Assembly: GCA_022842945.1 (NCBI GenBank)
Contig: JALHOO010000001.1
Coordinates: forward strand, 24,847-88,846
Source: Minisyncoccota bacterium
GTDB taxonomy: Bacteria > Patescibacteriota > Minisyncoccia > Phycocordibacterales > Phycocordibacteraceae
Direction: 5' to 3'
Length of the DNA stretch: 64,000 nucleotides
The notes beneath the pieces were generated by a model. The model was not told the origin of the DNA. It saw only the letters and a list, made by a program, of their open reading frames with translations, and did no database searches. Within the stretch, counting starts at the first letter, position 1; every line of letters starts with the position of its first letter. Below, piece after piece: positions 1 through 10,115 of this stretch. The position numbers were made by a program, and so were the translations under genes.

Positions 1-914
1 CGGGACGGGACGCTGACGCTTTCTTGGCGCTTGATCCGGTATCAACAGGATTGCCAACACTTATCGCAAGCAAGCTTCTAAGGAAACCCTTCTTTGTGAA
101 AGTGGTGGGGGACTACGCGTGGGAGCAGGGCACACAACGGTATGGGGTACGGTTGCTCCTTGATGAGTTTGTGCGCACGCATCATGTGCCAACCATGGTG
201 TCCTTCTTTAGAAAGGTGCAGACATATGTTGCATCGTCTGCTACCAAGGTTATTGTCCCAAGCGAATACTTGAAGGGTATCGTCTGTGCGTGGGGCGTAC
301 CGAGCGAGCAGATTTCTGTGGTGTACAACGCAATGCAGACGGAAGAACCCGGCACGCTTCCATTGTCTGTTAATGCCGCTACGCGTCCGCGCGTGGTCTC
401 TGTGGGACGCCTGGTTCCGTGGAAAGGGATGCCTGGGATTATTGACGCGGTTGTTGTGGCGCGTGAGACCCTTCCTGAGGTAACCCTTTCAATCGCGGGA
501 GACGGTCCAGATCGGGACAAGCTCGAGCGGTTTATGCATGCAAGGCTCGGTACGTCAGGAATGATGCTCGGACCTCTTTCGCACGCTGATACGCTCGCGC
601 TTATACAGGATGCGGATGTGTTCATTCTGAACTCAACCTACGAGGGTCTCTCGCATCTTCTTATAGAAGCACTTGCGCAAGGTACGGCCATAATCGCTAC
701 AGACGTGGGTGGAAACCCTGAGCTTATCGAGGACGGGAAGAACGGTCTCTTGGTGCCGCAAGGGGACCGTACCGCACTCTCTGAAGCACTGCTACATCTT
801 TTGAAGACTCCCCTACACCGAGAGAAGCTTGGGAGTCGGGCGCGTGAGTCGGCGAAGCGGTTTAGCACGTCAGTTATGGCGAAGGCTACTGCGGATATAC
901 TTACGGCCGTATGA
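1..914 (+). CDS. Glycosyltransferase family 4 (5'-partial)
   Basis: GT-B motifs VGRLVPWKG, NSTYEGLSHLLIEA, TDVGGNPE; the frame is open upstream to the window edge, so the true start is probably outside. Confidence 0.9.
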   Translation, partial: GRDADAFLALDPVSTGLPTLIASKLLRKPFFVKVVGDYAWEQGTQRYGVRLLLDEFVRTHHVPTMVSFFRKVQTYVASSATKVIVPSEYLKGIVCAWGVPSEQISVVYNAMQTEEPGTLPLSVNAATRPRVVSVGRLVPWKGMPGIIDAVVVARETLPEVTLSIAGDGPDRDKLERFMHARLGTSGMMLGPLSHADTLALIQDADVFILNSTYEGLSHLLIEALAQGTAIIATDVGGNPELIEDGKNGLLVPQGDRTALSEALLHLLKTPLHREKLGSRARESAKRFSTSVMAKATADILTAV

Positions 915-2038
915 AAGTCCTCCTCATAACAGATGACCCAACAGTGCTAGACCTTGGAAGCTCAGGTCACACCCGTGCAAAGGAGAATGCGGTTGCGATA
1001 GGGGAGCTGCACGTACTCATTAGTACAGGAAAGACAGAAACACGAGACGAAGGCAGTCTTAGAATTCATACCGTTAAAAAGGGTCTGTTTTCAAAGTATG
1101 CACACCTCAGAAGCGCAGCGCGCACGATAGTAGAGACACACGGTATTCAGGCTATATGGTCTCAGGATCCATTTGAGCTTGGCGATATAGCATCGAAGGT
1201 TGCACACAGATTCTCGCTCCCGTTGTACGTAAACGTGTATACAGACTTTATGTCCCCGTGGTACTCCACGCGTACCGGCATGCTGCGCTCGTCAAAAGTA
1301 GGTGTGCCGAAAGGTAACGCGCGCAGGCTTCGTCTTGCGCATAGCGTGCTTCCAAAGGCAAACGGCATTCGTGTTATGTCTGGGCGGGTTAAGGATGCGC
1401 TTATAAAGAAATACGGTGCCACCATCAAGGAACCTGAGGTTATCCCGGTGTCGGTGAGCATGAGTCCTCCGGAAGCTACGTCCCTTCCGTTTTCTTTCCC
1501 GTTTTCGCTCATTGCTGCTGGACGCCTTGATGCAGGGCGCCGGGTTATCGATATCATCGATGCGCTTGCTCTCATTAAAGACCGGTATCCAGGTGTGGGT
1601 CTGTTTGTTGTTGGGGATGGGCCTGAGCGTGCACGCCTTGAACGCCATGCCGCTCACAAGAAACTCACAGAGCGGGTTATCTTCCTCGGGGACCGCAGAG
1701 ACACCTGGGGACTTATACGGTGCGCGAATGTGTTTATTCAGGCGAGTGCGCATGAGGGTTATGGACGACGAATCCTTCAGGCGGCACTCGCACGCGTCCC
1801 TATCATTACAACCGATGTGGGTATTGTGGGAGAGGTGTTCAAGGGATATGACGATGTCCTGGCCATGCCTCCAGGAGACCCTTCTGCACTCTCGGTACAC
1901 ATCGCGGGCCTTATGGAGGACGGACAATCCAGGCAGCTTCTTGCGATGAATGCTGAAGCTTCCGCAAAGCGCTTCCTGCAGGAGGCGGGGAATGTTCCGG
2001 AGCGTCTTGCGAAGTTTCTCTCGACTACTTCAGTATGA
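911..2038 (+). CDS. Glycosyltransferase family 4
   Basis: AGRL, VGDGPER, SAHEGYG, TDVG; ATGA overlap with the previous gene. Confidence 0.85.
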   Translation: MKVLLITDDPTVLDLGSSGHTRAKENAVAIGELHVLISTGKTETRDEGSLRIHTVKKGLFSKYAHLRSAARTIVETHGIQAIWSQDPFELGDIASKVAHRFSLPLYVNVYTDFMSPWYSTRTGMLRSSKVGVPKGNARRLRLAHSVLPKANGIRVMSGRVKDALIKKYGATIKEPEVIPVSVSMSPPEATSLPFSFPFSLIAAGRLDAGRRVIDIIDALALIKDRYPGVGLFVVGDGPERARLERHAAHKKLTERVIFLGDRRDTWGLIRCANVFIQASAHEGYGRRILQAALARVPIITTDVGIVGEVFKGYDDVLAMPPGDPSALSVHIAGLMEDGQSRQLLAMNAEASAKRFLQEAGNVPERLAKFLSTTSV

Positions 2039-3168
2039 ACATCCTAATGGTTTCACTCGACCGTAAGGTCTTTATAGAAGGAGATCCTACGCGCCTACGT
2101 CTTGCGGGGTACGGCAGAGTTTTCAACGAGCTGCACATCATTGTCTATACGAAGAAGAATCTCGGTTTTGTAGACACTAAGATTGCAGACAACGTATGGC
2201 TGTATCCAACGAATTCTTCGAGTCGCTTTGTATATGTCACTGATGCAATACGTATCGCACGGAAACTCTTCAAAGGAAGAAAGCAAGGAATCTCTCTTGT
2301 GTCTGGACAAGATCTAGCAGAGACAGGGTATGCGGCCTGGCGTATCGCACGCATGTTGAAGACGCCGCTCCAGCTGCAGGACCATGCAGGAGTATTCGAC
2401 CCCTATTTCATGAGTGAAAGTGTGGGAAATAAAGTTCGGGCATTCATAGCGAGCTTTCTTCTGCCGAAGGCCGATTGTGTTCGCGTTGTTCTTCCACAGG
2501 GCAAGGAAGATATTGTTGCTCGTTTCCCGCACCTTGAGGCACGAATAGCAGTACTACCGGTATATACGCCCATTGACCACTTTAGGGACACAAGCCCGGC
2601 ATTTTCTCTGCATGATAGGTACCCGCAGTTCTCCTCGATATTTCTTATGGCGTCGAGACTTGTTCCTGAGAAGGATATTGGTTTTGCATTACGAGCCTTT
2701 AAGGAGGCAGATATAGCCGAGAGCGGACTTATCATTGTTGGGGAAGGACCATGTAAAGAAGTACTTGCAGCGGAAGTCATTGAATTAGATCTTGAAGACC
2801 GCGTGGTCTTTGTTCCGTGGGAAAAGGACCTCGTCTCGTATTACAAAACAGCAGACGTATTCCTCCTATCCTCTACGCACGAGGGGTACTGCCGTACGCT
2901 TGTTGAAACTGTTGCCTCGGGACTACCGTTCGTATCGACTGATGTTGGTGTTGCACAGACACTCATCTCTGCGGGAGCAGACGGAATTCTTGTGTCGCGT
3001 GGCGATCATGTTGGATTTAGAGATGCCATGCGTTCCAAGGTCTTCCGACCTGTAGTTGCAACCAATAGTAGAGGACTTGATCTGATTCAGAAGATGACCG
3101 GAAAAAGCGAGGAGGAGTATCGGGCCCGCTATGCTGCAAGTCTCCAGGTCTGCGCAAAGATTGTATAA
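2035..3168 (+). CDS. Glycosyltransferase family 4
   Basis: SRLVPEK, VGEGP, STHEGYCRTLVE, STDVG; ATGA overlap. Confidence 0.88.
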   Translation: MNILMVSLDRKVFIEGDPTRLRLAGYGRVFNELHIIVYTKKNLGFVDTKIADNVWLYPTNSSSRFVYVTDAIRIARKLFKGRKQGISLVSGQDLAETGYAAWRIARMLKTPLQLQDHAGVFDPYFMSESVGNKVRAFIASFLLPKADCVRVVLPQGKEDIVARFPHLEARIAVLPVYTPIDHFRDTSPAFSLHDRYPQFSSIFLMASRLVPEKDIGFALRAFKEADIAESGLIIVGEGPCKEVLAAEVIELDLEDRVVFVPWEKDLVSYYKTADVFLLSSTHEGYCRTLVETVASGLPFVSTDVGVAQTLISAGADGILVSRGDHVGFRDAMRSKVFRPVVATNSRGLDLIQKMTGKSEEEYRARYAASLQVCAKIV

Positions 3169-3176
3169 ATGCTTGT

Positions 3177-4223
3177 ATGAGACTCCTTGTTATTACTCAG
3201 GCACTCGACCTCGATGATCCAGTTCTCAGTGTTTATCATGACTGGGTAGCAGCACTCGCTAGTGTCTCGCAGAGTGTTGAGGCAGTGTGCCTTAAGGAGG
3301 GAAGGCGCGCATTGCCGGAGAACGTAACCGTGCACTCTCTGGGGAAGGAGACAGGACCGAAGTCACGTCTTGGGTATGCATGGAAATTCCTTGCTCTCGT
3401 GTGGAATAGACGCAGTCAATATGACGCGGTGTTCGTGCACATGAATCAGGAGTACGTGCTCCTGGCAGGACCTCTCTGGAGGCTTCTCGGGAAGAAGGTG
3501 TATCTCTGGCGCAACCATTACGCGGGGTCCTTGCTCACGGACCTCGCCGTGTTCTGGTGCACGGCAGTGTTCTGTACCTCGAAGCGCTCATATACGGCGA
3601 AGTATGCAAAGACTGTGCGCATGCCCGTAGGTGTGAACACGGATCGCTTCGTACAAGAGGCTGGCGAGCGTGTTCCGCGATCTCTCTTGTTATTCTCTCG
3701 CATCGCACCATCGAAGCATGTGGATCTCTTTGTTGAAGCACTTGGCCTGCTCAAGGAGAGAGGAGTAGTGTTCGTAGCTTCTATAGTCGGATCTGCTCCG
3801 CCAGAGTTCGAAGCATATGCTGCAGAAGTGAAAGAGCGTTCGAGTGAGCTCGGGCTCTCAGAGCAGCTCAGATTCTTGCCCGGCGTACTGAACGAGGATG
3901 CGCCACTGGTATACCGTCTGCACGAGATATACGTCAACTGCTCTCCGTCTGGCATGCTCGACAAGATGATTTTCGAGGCAGCAGCGTCCGGATGCCTTCT
4001 CCTAACAGAGAGCGAGGACATGCAGAGCTTCGGTTTCGAGGACGTTACGTATGACGCAGGGGATGTAGAGTCTCTTGCCAACCACATGGAGCATTTACTT
4101 AATTGCACTGACGAAGAGCGTGCTGCACTACGTGTACGGTTCGAGGCACTAGTTAAAGCACATAGCCTTACAGGCCTCGCACGAACTATTGTGGCGCACA
4201 TGGAATCAGCGGGCTCGCGGTAG
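3177..4223 (+). CDS. Glycosyltransferase family 4
   Basis: SRIAPSK, GMLDKMIFEAAASG acceptor/donor motifs of the GT-B fold. Confidence 0.85.
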   Translation: MRLLVITQALDLDDPVLSVYHDWVAALASVSQSVEAVCLKEGRRALPENVTVHSLGKETGPKSRLGYAWKFLALVWNRRSQYDAVFVHMNQEYVLLAGPLWRLLGKKVYLWRNHYAGSLLTDLAVFWCTAVFCTSKRSYTAKYAKTVRMPVGVNTDRFVQEAGERVPRSLLLFSRIAPSKHVDLFVEALGLLKERGVVFVASIVGSAPPEFEAYAAEVKERSSELGLSEQLRFLPGVLNEDAPLVYRLHEIYVNCSPSGMLDKMIFEAAASGCLLLTESEDMQSFGFEDVTYDAGDVESLANHMEHLLNCTDEERAALRVRFEALVKAHSLTGLARTIVAHMESAGSR

Positions 4224-4235
4224 AATCAAGGACAC

Positions 4236-4682
4236 ATGAGGTACTATCTTGATTTTGAGGGAACGTGCTTCGATTCAGATGCTTTTTCGGCGTACATGGC
4301 TGGAAAGACTGAAGACGATTTAATACCAGGAGAACTCTCACAATTCCTGTATCCCGATGCTGCCCAGTTTCTTCGTGATAAGGAGAACGCTGTAACCATC
4401 ATAACTACAGGCAGTCGCGCTACGCACGAGGCAAAGACTAAAAGTGCTCTCCATGGCATTCCACGTATGTCGGTTATGTATACGGATGGTGTAGCGAAAG
4501 GTCAGTATCTTGCTCCTCATACCCATCTCCATGTTGATGCGGTACTTGCAGACGATTCCGTTGAGGAGCTTGAGGTGCTCGCTAAAGAGTGCCCACAGCT
4601 AGGTCTGTACGAGATGCGCAGAGGCAATAGGGAAGGGGATGGTTCCTGGCCGGTTATACGCTCGCTCGCTGAGTTGCCGTAA
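4236..4682 (+). CDS. Small HAD-like hydrolase (degenerate motif I)
   Basis: N-terminal LDFEGT (DxDGT-like), ITTG, K, LADDS motif IV-like; own -10 TAGAAT at 4221. Confidence 0.55.
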   Translation: MRYYLDFEGTCFDSDAFSAYMAGKTEDDLIPGELSQFLYPDAAQFLRDKENAVTIITTGSRATHEAKTKSALHGIPRMSVMYTDGVAKGQYLAPHTHLHVDAVLADDSVEELEVLAKECPQLGLYEMRRGNREGDGSWPVIRSLAELP

Positions 4683-4701
4683 TGTGAGAGAATATAGGCA
4701 C

Positions 4702-5358
4702 ATGGCTTCGACGCGCATATATCGGAATAAGGCAGAGCTCATACGCTCTTCGGCGGGGCCTGAGGACACTGTTCTTGATGTGGGGTTCCTCGGACAAGGC
4801 ATACGACTTGGGGAGGAGAACTGGCCCCATGGCCTTATGCAGAAGCAAGCAAAGGAAGTGTTCGGTCTCGATCTAGAGATAGATAGGAACGCATTCCCTG
4901 ACACACGCCACTATGTTCAAGCGAGCGCTGAAGACTTCTCATTTACTGATACAAAGTTCGATCTCGTGTTTGCGGGCGACCTTATAGAACACCTTCCGAA
5001 TCCTGGACTCTTTCTCGCAAGTGTTAAAGAACACCTTACAGCCAACGGACGGTTGATACTCACAACACCGAACGCATTCAATCTGTTCAACCTAACAGAG
5101 AAACTTTCTAAGGAAGAGCCTACGGTTAATGCAGACCATACCTGCTATTTCAATTCAAAAACTCTGCGCGTGCTTCTCTCTAAGTGTGGGTTCGAGATTC
5201 AGGAGATAGGGTATGTGTACACCCTTGAATACGGACATCGCGAGAGTCTGAAGAAAAAGATTCTTAATGTGCTGTACCGAGTTCTTTCATGGTTTACTCC
5301 AAAGTTTCTCGAAACGCTTGTTGTTGTCGCGGTGCCTAAGCAAGCACATATCAACTAA
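4702..5358 (+). CDS. Class I SAM-dependent methyltransferase
   Basis: VLDVGFLG, FDLVFAGDLIEHLPNP, LTTPN; start moved to ATG 4702. Confidence 0.85.
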   Translation: MASTRIYRNKAELIRSSAGPEDTVLDVGFLGQGIRLGEENWPHGLMQKQAKEVFGLDLEIDRNAFPDTRHYVQASAEDFSFTDTKFDLVFAGDLIEHLPNPGLFLASVKEHLTANGRLILTTPNAFNLFNLTEKLSKEEPTVNADHTCYFNSKTLRVLLSKCGFEIQEIGYVYTLEYGHRESLKKKILNVLYRVLSWFTPKFLETLVVVAVPKQAHIN

Positions 5359-5368
5359 CTCATCGAGC

Positions 5369-6013
5369 ATGCCTACCCCTGTCCTTGAAAGTATTTACGC
5401 CTCGCACCATACCAAACGACGCGGAGACGGATTCGTGCTCTTGGGAGACCTCCGTGGCGGTTTTCTCAAAGAGCGCATCGGTAACGGGAAGAAGGTGCTC
5501 GATATTGGTTGTCGAGATGGTGCGCTGACGAGTTATTTTGCAGAGAATAACGATGTGCTTGGTATAGATATAGATTCAGCAGCACTAACTCGCGCCGCGG
5601 AAGACTATGGCATCCAAACAAGCCAGATTGATTTAAATGGCGACTGGAACCTTCCGCACGCAGCCTATGACGTGGTTGTGGCAGCTGAGGTTGTGGAGCA
5701 TCTGTATTATCCCGAAACGGTTTTTAAAAAGGTGCATGACGTATTAAAGCCAGGGGGCATGTTCCTCGGTACGGTTCCAAATGCGTTCTCGCTTATACAT
5801 CGCGTCAGGTACCTTATAAAAAGAAAGCGCAGCACGCCCCTCATGGATCCGACGCACATAAACCACTTCGTGGTGCGCGAACTTGAAGAAATGTTGGAAA
5901 AGCAATTCACAGACGTGCGTATCCATGGTCTTGGAAGGTACGGTACGCTTGCGCGGTTGTTTCCTCAGATGTTTGCATATGATCTTGCGTTTGAAGGACG
6001 GAAGAAGTTGTAG
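5369..6013 (+). CDS. Class I SAM-dependent methyltransferase
   Basis: VLDIGCRDG, YDVVVAAEVVEHL, LKPGG..GTVPN; start moved to ATG 5369. Confidence 0.88.
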   Translation: MPTPVLESIYASHHTKRRGDGFVLLGDLRGGFLKERIGNGKKVLDIGCRDGALTSYFAENNDVLGIDIDSAALTRAAEDYGIQTSQIDLNGDWNLPHAAYDVVVAAEVVEHLYYPETVFKKVHDVLKPGGMFLGTVPNAFSLIHRVRYLIKRKRSTPLMDPTHINHFVVRELEEMLEKQFTDVRIHGLGRYGTLARLFPQMFAYDLAFEGRKKL

Positions 6014-6024
6014 GAGGTATCTGT

Positions 6025-7053
6025 ATGGCGAGCCGGTATTTATATCTGTACGGGGGAGCGATTGGTGATGCGCTGGTCGGTATTCATACTGGCCGACTTC
6101 TAGCTGAGAATATCCCGAGCGCACGTCTCGAACTGATCTCCACTCGACACAATGTCTTTGTGAAAGAGATGGTGGCAAACCTACCGTTCATTGAGTATCG
6201 AGAACTTGATAAGAAGGATTTTGCTGCATGGTTGATACTCCCACGGTACCTCTTTCGATCGTACGCTTCAGTGGCATACGATCCGGTAACATCAGCGGTG
6301 CCATTGTGGTGGCGTCTCATACTATGGTGCGCTCGTCAGGGGAGAGGCGTGCAAGTTCGGTACCAGCGCATAGGACATGAGTCCCCACTGCCGAAAGGAG
6401 TACAGAGACGTACGTACGACTGTCAGAAGGAGAGCTTCTTTACGGATACTCCGTTGAAGATTCTTGCCTCGTGGGGTGTACCGCTTGAGCATGTCACGTT
6501 ACCTTCGTTACCCAGACGATCTTCTCCTGAAGGAAAGCCCTATATTCTGTTTCATTTCTTTGCCGCAAACTATAGTAGGAGTATCCCCACTGATCATGCG
6601 CGCTCCATTCTTCTGGCAGCTCGCACGCAGTTTCCAAACCATCTATTTATCCTGACGTGCGCCGAAAACGAAAGGGCCCGGGCAGAGAGAATGATCGAAG
6701 GGGTTTCTGGAACACGCATTGAGGAGAATCTTCCAGCAACAGAAGTAATCGCACTTCTTTCGGGCGCAGACATTGTTGTGGGAACCTCCTCAGGCATCAT
6801 CTTTATGGCAGTACACCTTGGTGTGTCGGTGGTTGCGATGTCCTGTCTTGTTGATCCGTGTTTCTTGCCGACGTATAGCACCACTACGACTATTCTTGCC
6901 GCACGAGACGAGTGTTGGTGTAATAGTGATAAGACAGGAGGGTGTGTTGAGGAGACGCCAGAGGGCGAAGTGTTTCGATGTCTCTATTACATACCAACAG
7001 AAGCTGTTGTAGAGGCGATGGTCGGTTTCTCCAATCGTTTAGTAAAGAATTAA
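6025..7053 (+). CDS. Glycosyltransferase family 9 (heptosyltransferase-like)
   Basis: N-terminal GAIGDAL, ADIVVGTSSGIIFMA (DSGxxH-like), C-terminal Cys cluster. Confidence 0.7.
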   Translation: MASRYLYLYGGAIGDALVGIHTGRLLAENIPSARLELISTRHNVFVKEMVANLPFIEYRELDKKDFAAWLILPRYLFRSYASVAYDPVTSAVPLWWRLILWCARQGRGVQVRYQRIGHESPLPKGVQRRTYDCQKESFFTDTPLKILASWGVPLEHVTLPSLPRRSSPEGKPYILFHFFAANYSRSIPTDHARSILLAARTQFPNHLFILTCAENERARAERMIEGVSGTRIEENLPATEVIALLSGADIVVGTSSGIIFMAVHLGVSVVAMSCLVDPCFLPTYSTTTTILAARDECWCNSDKTGGCVEETPEGEVFRCLYYIPTEAVVEAMVGFSNRLVKN

Positions 7054-7073
7054 CTGTTCGCCACTCTTCAATT

Positions 7074-8099
7074 ATGAGGATAAGGAAAGCACTCGTATTC
7101 AAAGCATCATCAATCGGTGATGCGCTTATGGCAAAGCACCTTCTCGAGAATGTACACGCAGCGTATCCAGAAGCACGCTGCGGTCTCTTAGTTGCAGGCA
7201 GAGGTGCCATGGTGCGCAGCCTCCTTGCTTCGTATCCGTGGATTGAGGTTCTTGAGGTGAATCGGAGGAATCCTGCGGCATTGTGGAAGTTATGGCGAAC
7301 ATATCAAGGAAGTGATCTGGTGGTTACCTCGTACGTTAAGCCCGGAGGACGCTTCGGTTTCTTTAGTAAGGTAGCTGCACGAATATTGGCACGACCTGGA
7401 TGCCTTTTTGGATTTACGGATGCGTCATGGTGGAACAGGTACGTGTATGATCATCTTCTCGAATCCAGCATGGTTCGCGCTCCACGTTTGCTTGAGGAAG
7501 ATGTTCTTAGAGTCGCAGGCATATCTATAGCGCATGAGTCGATGACGCTAAATTACCTGCCTCAACCAAAACTTCTCTCGAGACTCGAGCTAGAAGGGGC
7601 GCCGTATGTGGCAGTTCATCTCTTCGCTGGCTCTGACGGAAGAGCTATGTCGCAGAGTAAGCGTCAGGCATTGCTCGACGCTCTGTTCGCTGAGCTTCCC
7701 GGCATGACCTTCGTCCTAACCGGCACTACGTCTGAACGCCCATTCCTCGAGGAACTTACTCTTCCTGAGCGCGCCCGCATTGTCGCAGGGGATCTTACTG
7801 TGCAAGAGCTTGCGGCGCTTCTTGATGGAAGCACGTGTGTGGTTTCGGTGGGGACTGGCCCCTCCCACATGACGTCTCATCTCGGCAAGCCGCTTGTAGT
7901 TCTTGTGGTGTGTATCGGGATCCCGTGGTGTGGCAAGGAACAGTTTGGAGAAGCTGCGCCAGTGCAAATATTCTCTGATACGAGTGCTTGTGCATCAGGA
8001 CACCGGATGACAGAACAGTCCCCGGCGTGTATTGAGGGGATTGATGTCGGGAGCGTTGCTCGTGCTATGGCGACCTACGTCGAGGAGTGTTCTCGTTAG
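7074..8099 (+). CDS. Glycosyltransferase family 9 (WaaC/WaaF-like)
   Basis: SSIGDALM, GDLTVQELAALL, VSVGTGPSHM, C-terminal Cys; start moved to ATG 7074. Confidence 0.78.
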   Translation: MRIRKALVFKASSIGDALMAKHLLENVHAAYPEARCGLLVAGRGAMVRSLLASYPWIEVLEVNRRNPAALWKLWRTYQGSDLVVTSYVKPGGRFGFFSKVAARILARPGCLFGFTDASWWNRYVYDHLLESSMVRAPRLLEEDVLRVAGISIAHESMTLNYLPQPKLLSRLELEGAPYVAVHLFAGSDGRAMSQSKRQALLDALFAELPGMTFVLTGTTSERPFLEELTLPERARIVAGDLTVQELAALLDGSTCVVSVGTGPSHMTSHLGKPLVVLVVCIGIPWCGKEQFGEAAPVQIFSDTSACASGHRMTEQSPACIEGIDVGSVARAMATYVEECSR

Positions 8100-8133
8100 A
8101 CAGGACCCGGTTCTCCTATATAATCTGACTATT

Positions 8134-9165
8134 ATGAAGGCGGCTATTCTCCATACTATTGACGCTCCACTCGTCATTGCAGAGGTCGGTTTAACACCGC
8201 TTCAGGTGGGTCAGGTGCTCGTAAAGGTCCTGGTATCTGGTATTTGCGGCGCTCAGCTGCAGGAGATTGCAGGGAACAAAGGGAATGCTAAGTTCGTACC
8301 TCACCTCCTTGGACACGAGGGGTGCGGCATTGTTGAGGAAGTGGGACCGGGTGTTACTACGGTTCAAAAAGGAGACAAGGTGGTTATGCATTGGCGCCAG
8401 GGCGAAGGCATCGAATCACCGTTTCCGAAGTACGTGTACGAAGGAAAAGAAATATCTAGTGGAAGGGTAACTACCTTCAGTGAGTACGCGATTGTTTCTG
8501 AGAATCGGGTAACTACCGTGCCTTCAGATACACCCGTTGAGCTTGCGGCGCTTCTTGGTTGTGGACTCTCAACCGCGCTAGGTACTATCGAGAACGAAGC
8601 AAAGGCCCGCTTCGGGGAAAGTGTCATGATTATTGGTGTTGGGGGGCTTGGCGTAAACCTCATAACTGCGGCAAAGCTTGCAAGTGCGTACCCGATTATT
8701 GCGGTTGATATTCATGACAGTAAGAAGGAGCTCGCGCTTTCCATGGGTGCTCACATTTTTATAAACGCAAAGACCGAATCGATTGCTGATGTGCTTGCGG
8801 AGCATGGTCTCAAGAAAGTGGATGTAATTATTGACACTGCGGCTAACAAGAAAGGTACCGAGGCGGCCACCCCGCTTCTTTCTGGGACCGGTCGTTACAT
8901 TATGGTTGGTCAGCCAAAGCCTGGAGAGTCAATAGAACTCCTGGATGCGCATCATTTCTTCGAAGGCATCGGAAAGACCTTCTCGGCCACTCAAGGTGGG
9001 CGCTTTATGCCGCATGTCGATATCGCGCGCTACATCCGCCTTGCGAAAGGAAACATTCTCTCGACCGAAGGCATCATTACGCATCGTGTGAAGTTAGAAG
9101 ACGTGAATGAGGCTATTGAACTTGTGCGCAGTGGAGGAGCCAGTCGTATTCTTATAGAACTATGA
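8134..9165 (+). CDS. Zn-dependent medium-chain alcohol dehydrogenase
   Basis: GICG, GHEGCG, GVGGLG; the four-Cys structural Zn lobe is absent; TATAAT at 8119. Confidence 0.9.
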   Translation: MKAAILHTIDAPLVIAEVGLTPLQVGQVLVKVLVSGICGAQLQEIAGNKGNAKFVPHLLGHEGCGIVEEVGPGVTTVQKGDKVVMHWRQGEGIESPFPKYVYEGKEISSGRVTTFSEYAIVSENRVTTVPSDTPVELAALLGCGLSTALGTIENEAKARFGESVMIIGVGGLGVNLITAAKLASAYPIIAVDIHDSKKELALSMGAHIFINAKTESIADVLAEHGLKKVDVIIDTAANKKGTEAATPLLSGTGRYIMVGQPKPGESIELLDAHHFFEGIGKTFSATQGGRFMPHVDIARYIRLAKGNILSTEGIITHRVKLEDVNEAIELVRSGGASRILIEL

Positions 9166-10115
9166 GCACGAGACTAGATGCATTTCGTCGGATGACGCTT
9201 CTGCGTATTGCAGAAGAGGAAACCGCTAACCTCTACCTTCGTGACAAGATTATGAGCTTCGTACATTTTTATGTAGGACAGGAGGCTGTTGCTGTCGGGG
9301 TCTCAGACTCTCTTATGTCTAACGACCGCGCTATGGGGAACCATCGCTCGCATGGCCACTATCTCGCAAAGGGAGGTGATCTCCGTCGGATGCTCTGCGA
9401 ACTTCTTGGGAAGGCTGAAGGCTCGTCTCATGGAAAGGGAGGTTCTATGCATATGATTGATCGGTCTGCTGGCTTTACAGGGTCCACGCCGATACTCGGA
9501 AGTATCGTAGCTATTGCTGCAGGGTCAGCGTTCGAGCAGAAGCACAATGCTACTGGTGATGTAACCGTTGCGTACGTGGGTGACGGAGGTTCGGAAGAGG
9601 GAGGGGTATACGAGACGATGAATCTTGCCGCTCTTTTCAAACTTCCGCTCCTTATTGTGGTTGAGAATAATCTGTACTCGGTCAACTCAAAGCTGCTCGA
9701 CAGACGGTCGAAAGAGTACAGTGTGGAAGGGGTTGTGCGGAATCTCGGACTTGCGTATGCGAAAGCCGACGGCAACAACTACGACGACGTGCGCTCTAAG
9801 GCAACGGCTCTCCTTGAAGGAGTGCGCGCAGGAAAGCCTGCGGTGCTCGAGTGTCTCGCGTATCGACACATGGCGCACAGCGCGCCTATCTTTGACGACG
9901 CTCAGGGCTATAGGGAGGAGGATGTGCTTGAGCGTCGACTCGCTGAGGATTGTTTAAAGAAGATGAAAGCGCGTCTCCTTGAGGAGGGAAGTAGCGAGGA
10001 AGTGTTCAGTGATATCGAGAATGAGATACGCACGCACGTACTCGAGGAGATTGCGTACGCGGTTGCAGCACCCTATCCATCTCCTGAGACTCTCTATACA
10101 GACGTGTATGCATAA
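9162..10115 (+). CDS. ThDP-dependent E1-alpha-like subunit (pyruvate/acetoin dehydrogenase family)
   Basis: GQEA, HRSHGH, GKGGSMH, ThDP motif GDG-x26-NN. Confidence 0.9.
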   Translation: MSTRLDAFRRMTLLRIAEEETANLYLRDKIMSFVHFYVGQEAVAVGVSDSLMSNDRAMGNHRSHGHYLAKGGDLRRMLCELLGKAEGSSHGKGGSMHMIDRSAGFTGSTPILGSIVAIAAGSAFEQKHNATGDVTVAYVGDGGSEEGGVYETMNLAALFKLPLLIVVENNLYSVNSKLLDRRSKEYSVEGVVRNLGLAYAKADGNNYDDVRSKATALLEGVRAGKPAVLECLAYRHMAHSAPIFDDAQGYREEDVLERRLAEDCLKKMKARLLEEGSSEEVFSDIENEIRTHVLEEIAYAVAAPYPSPETLYTDVYA

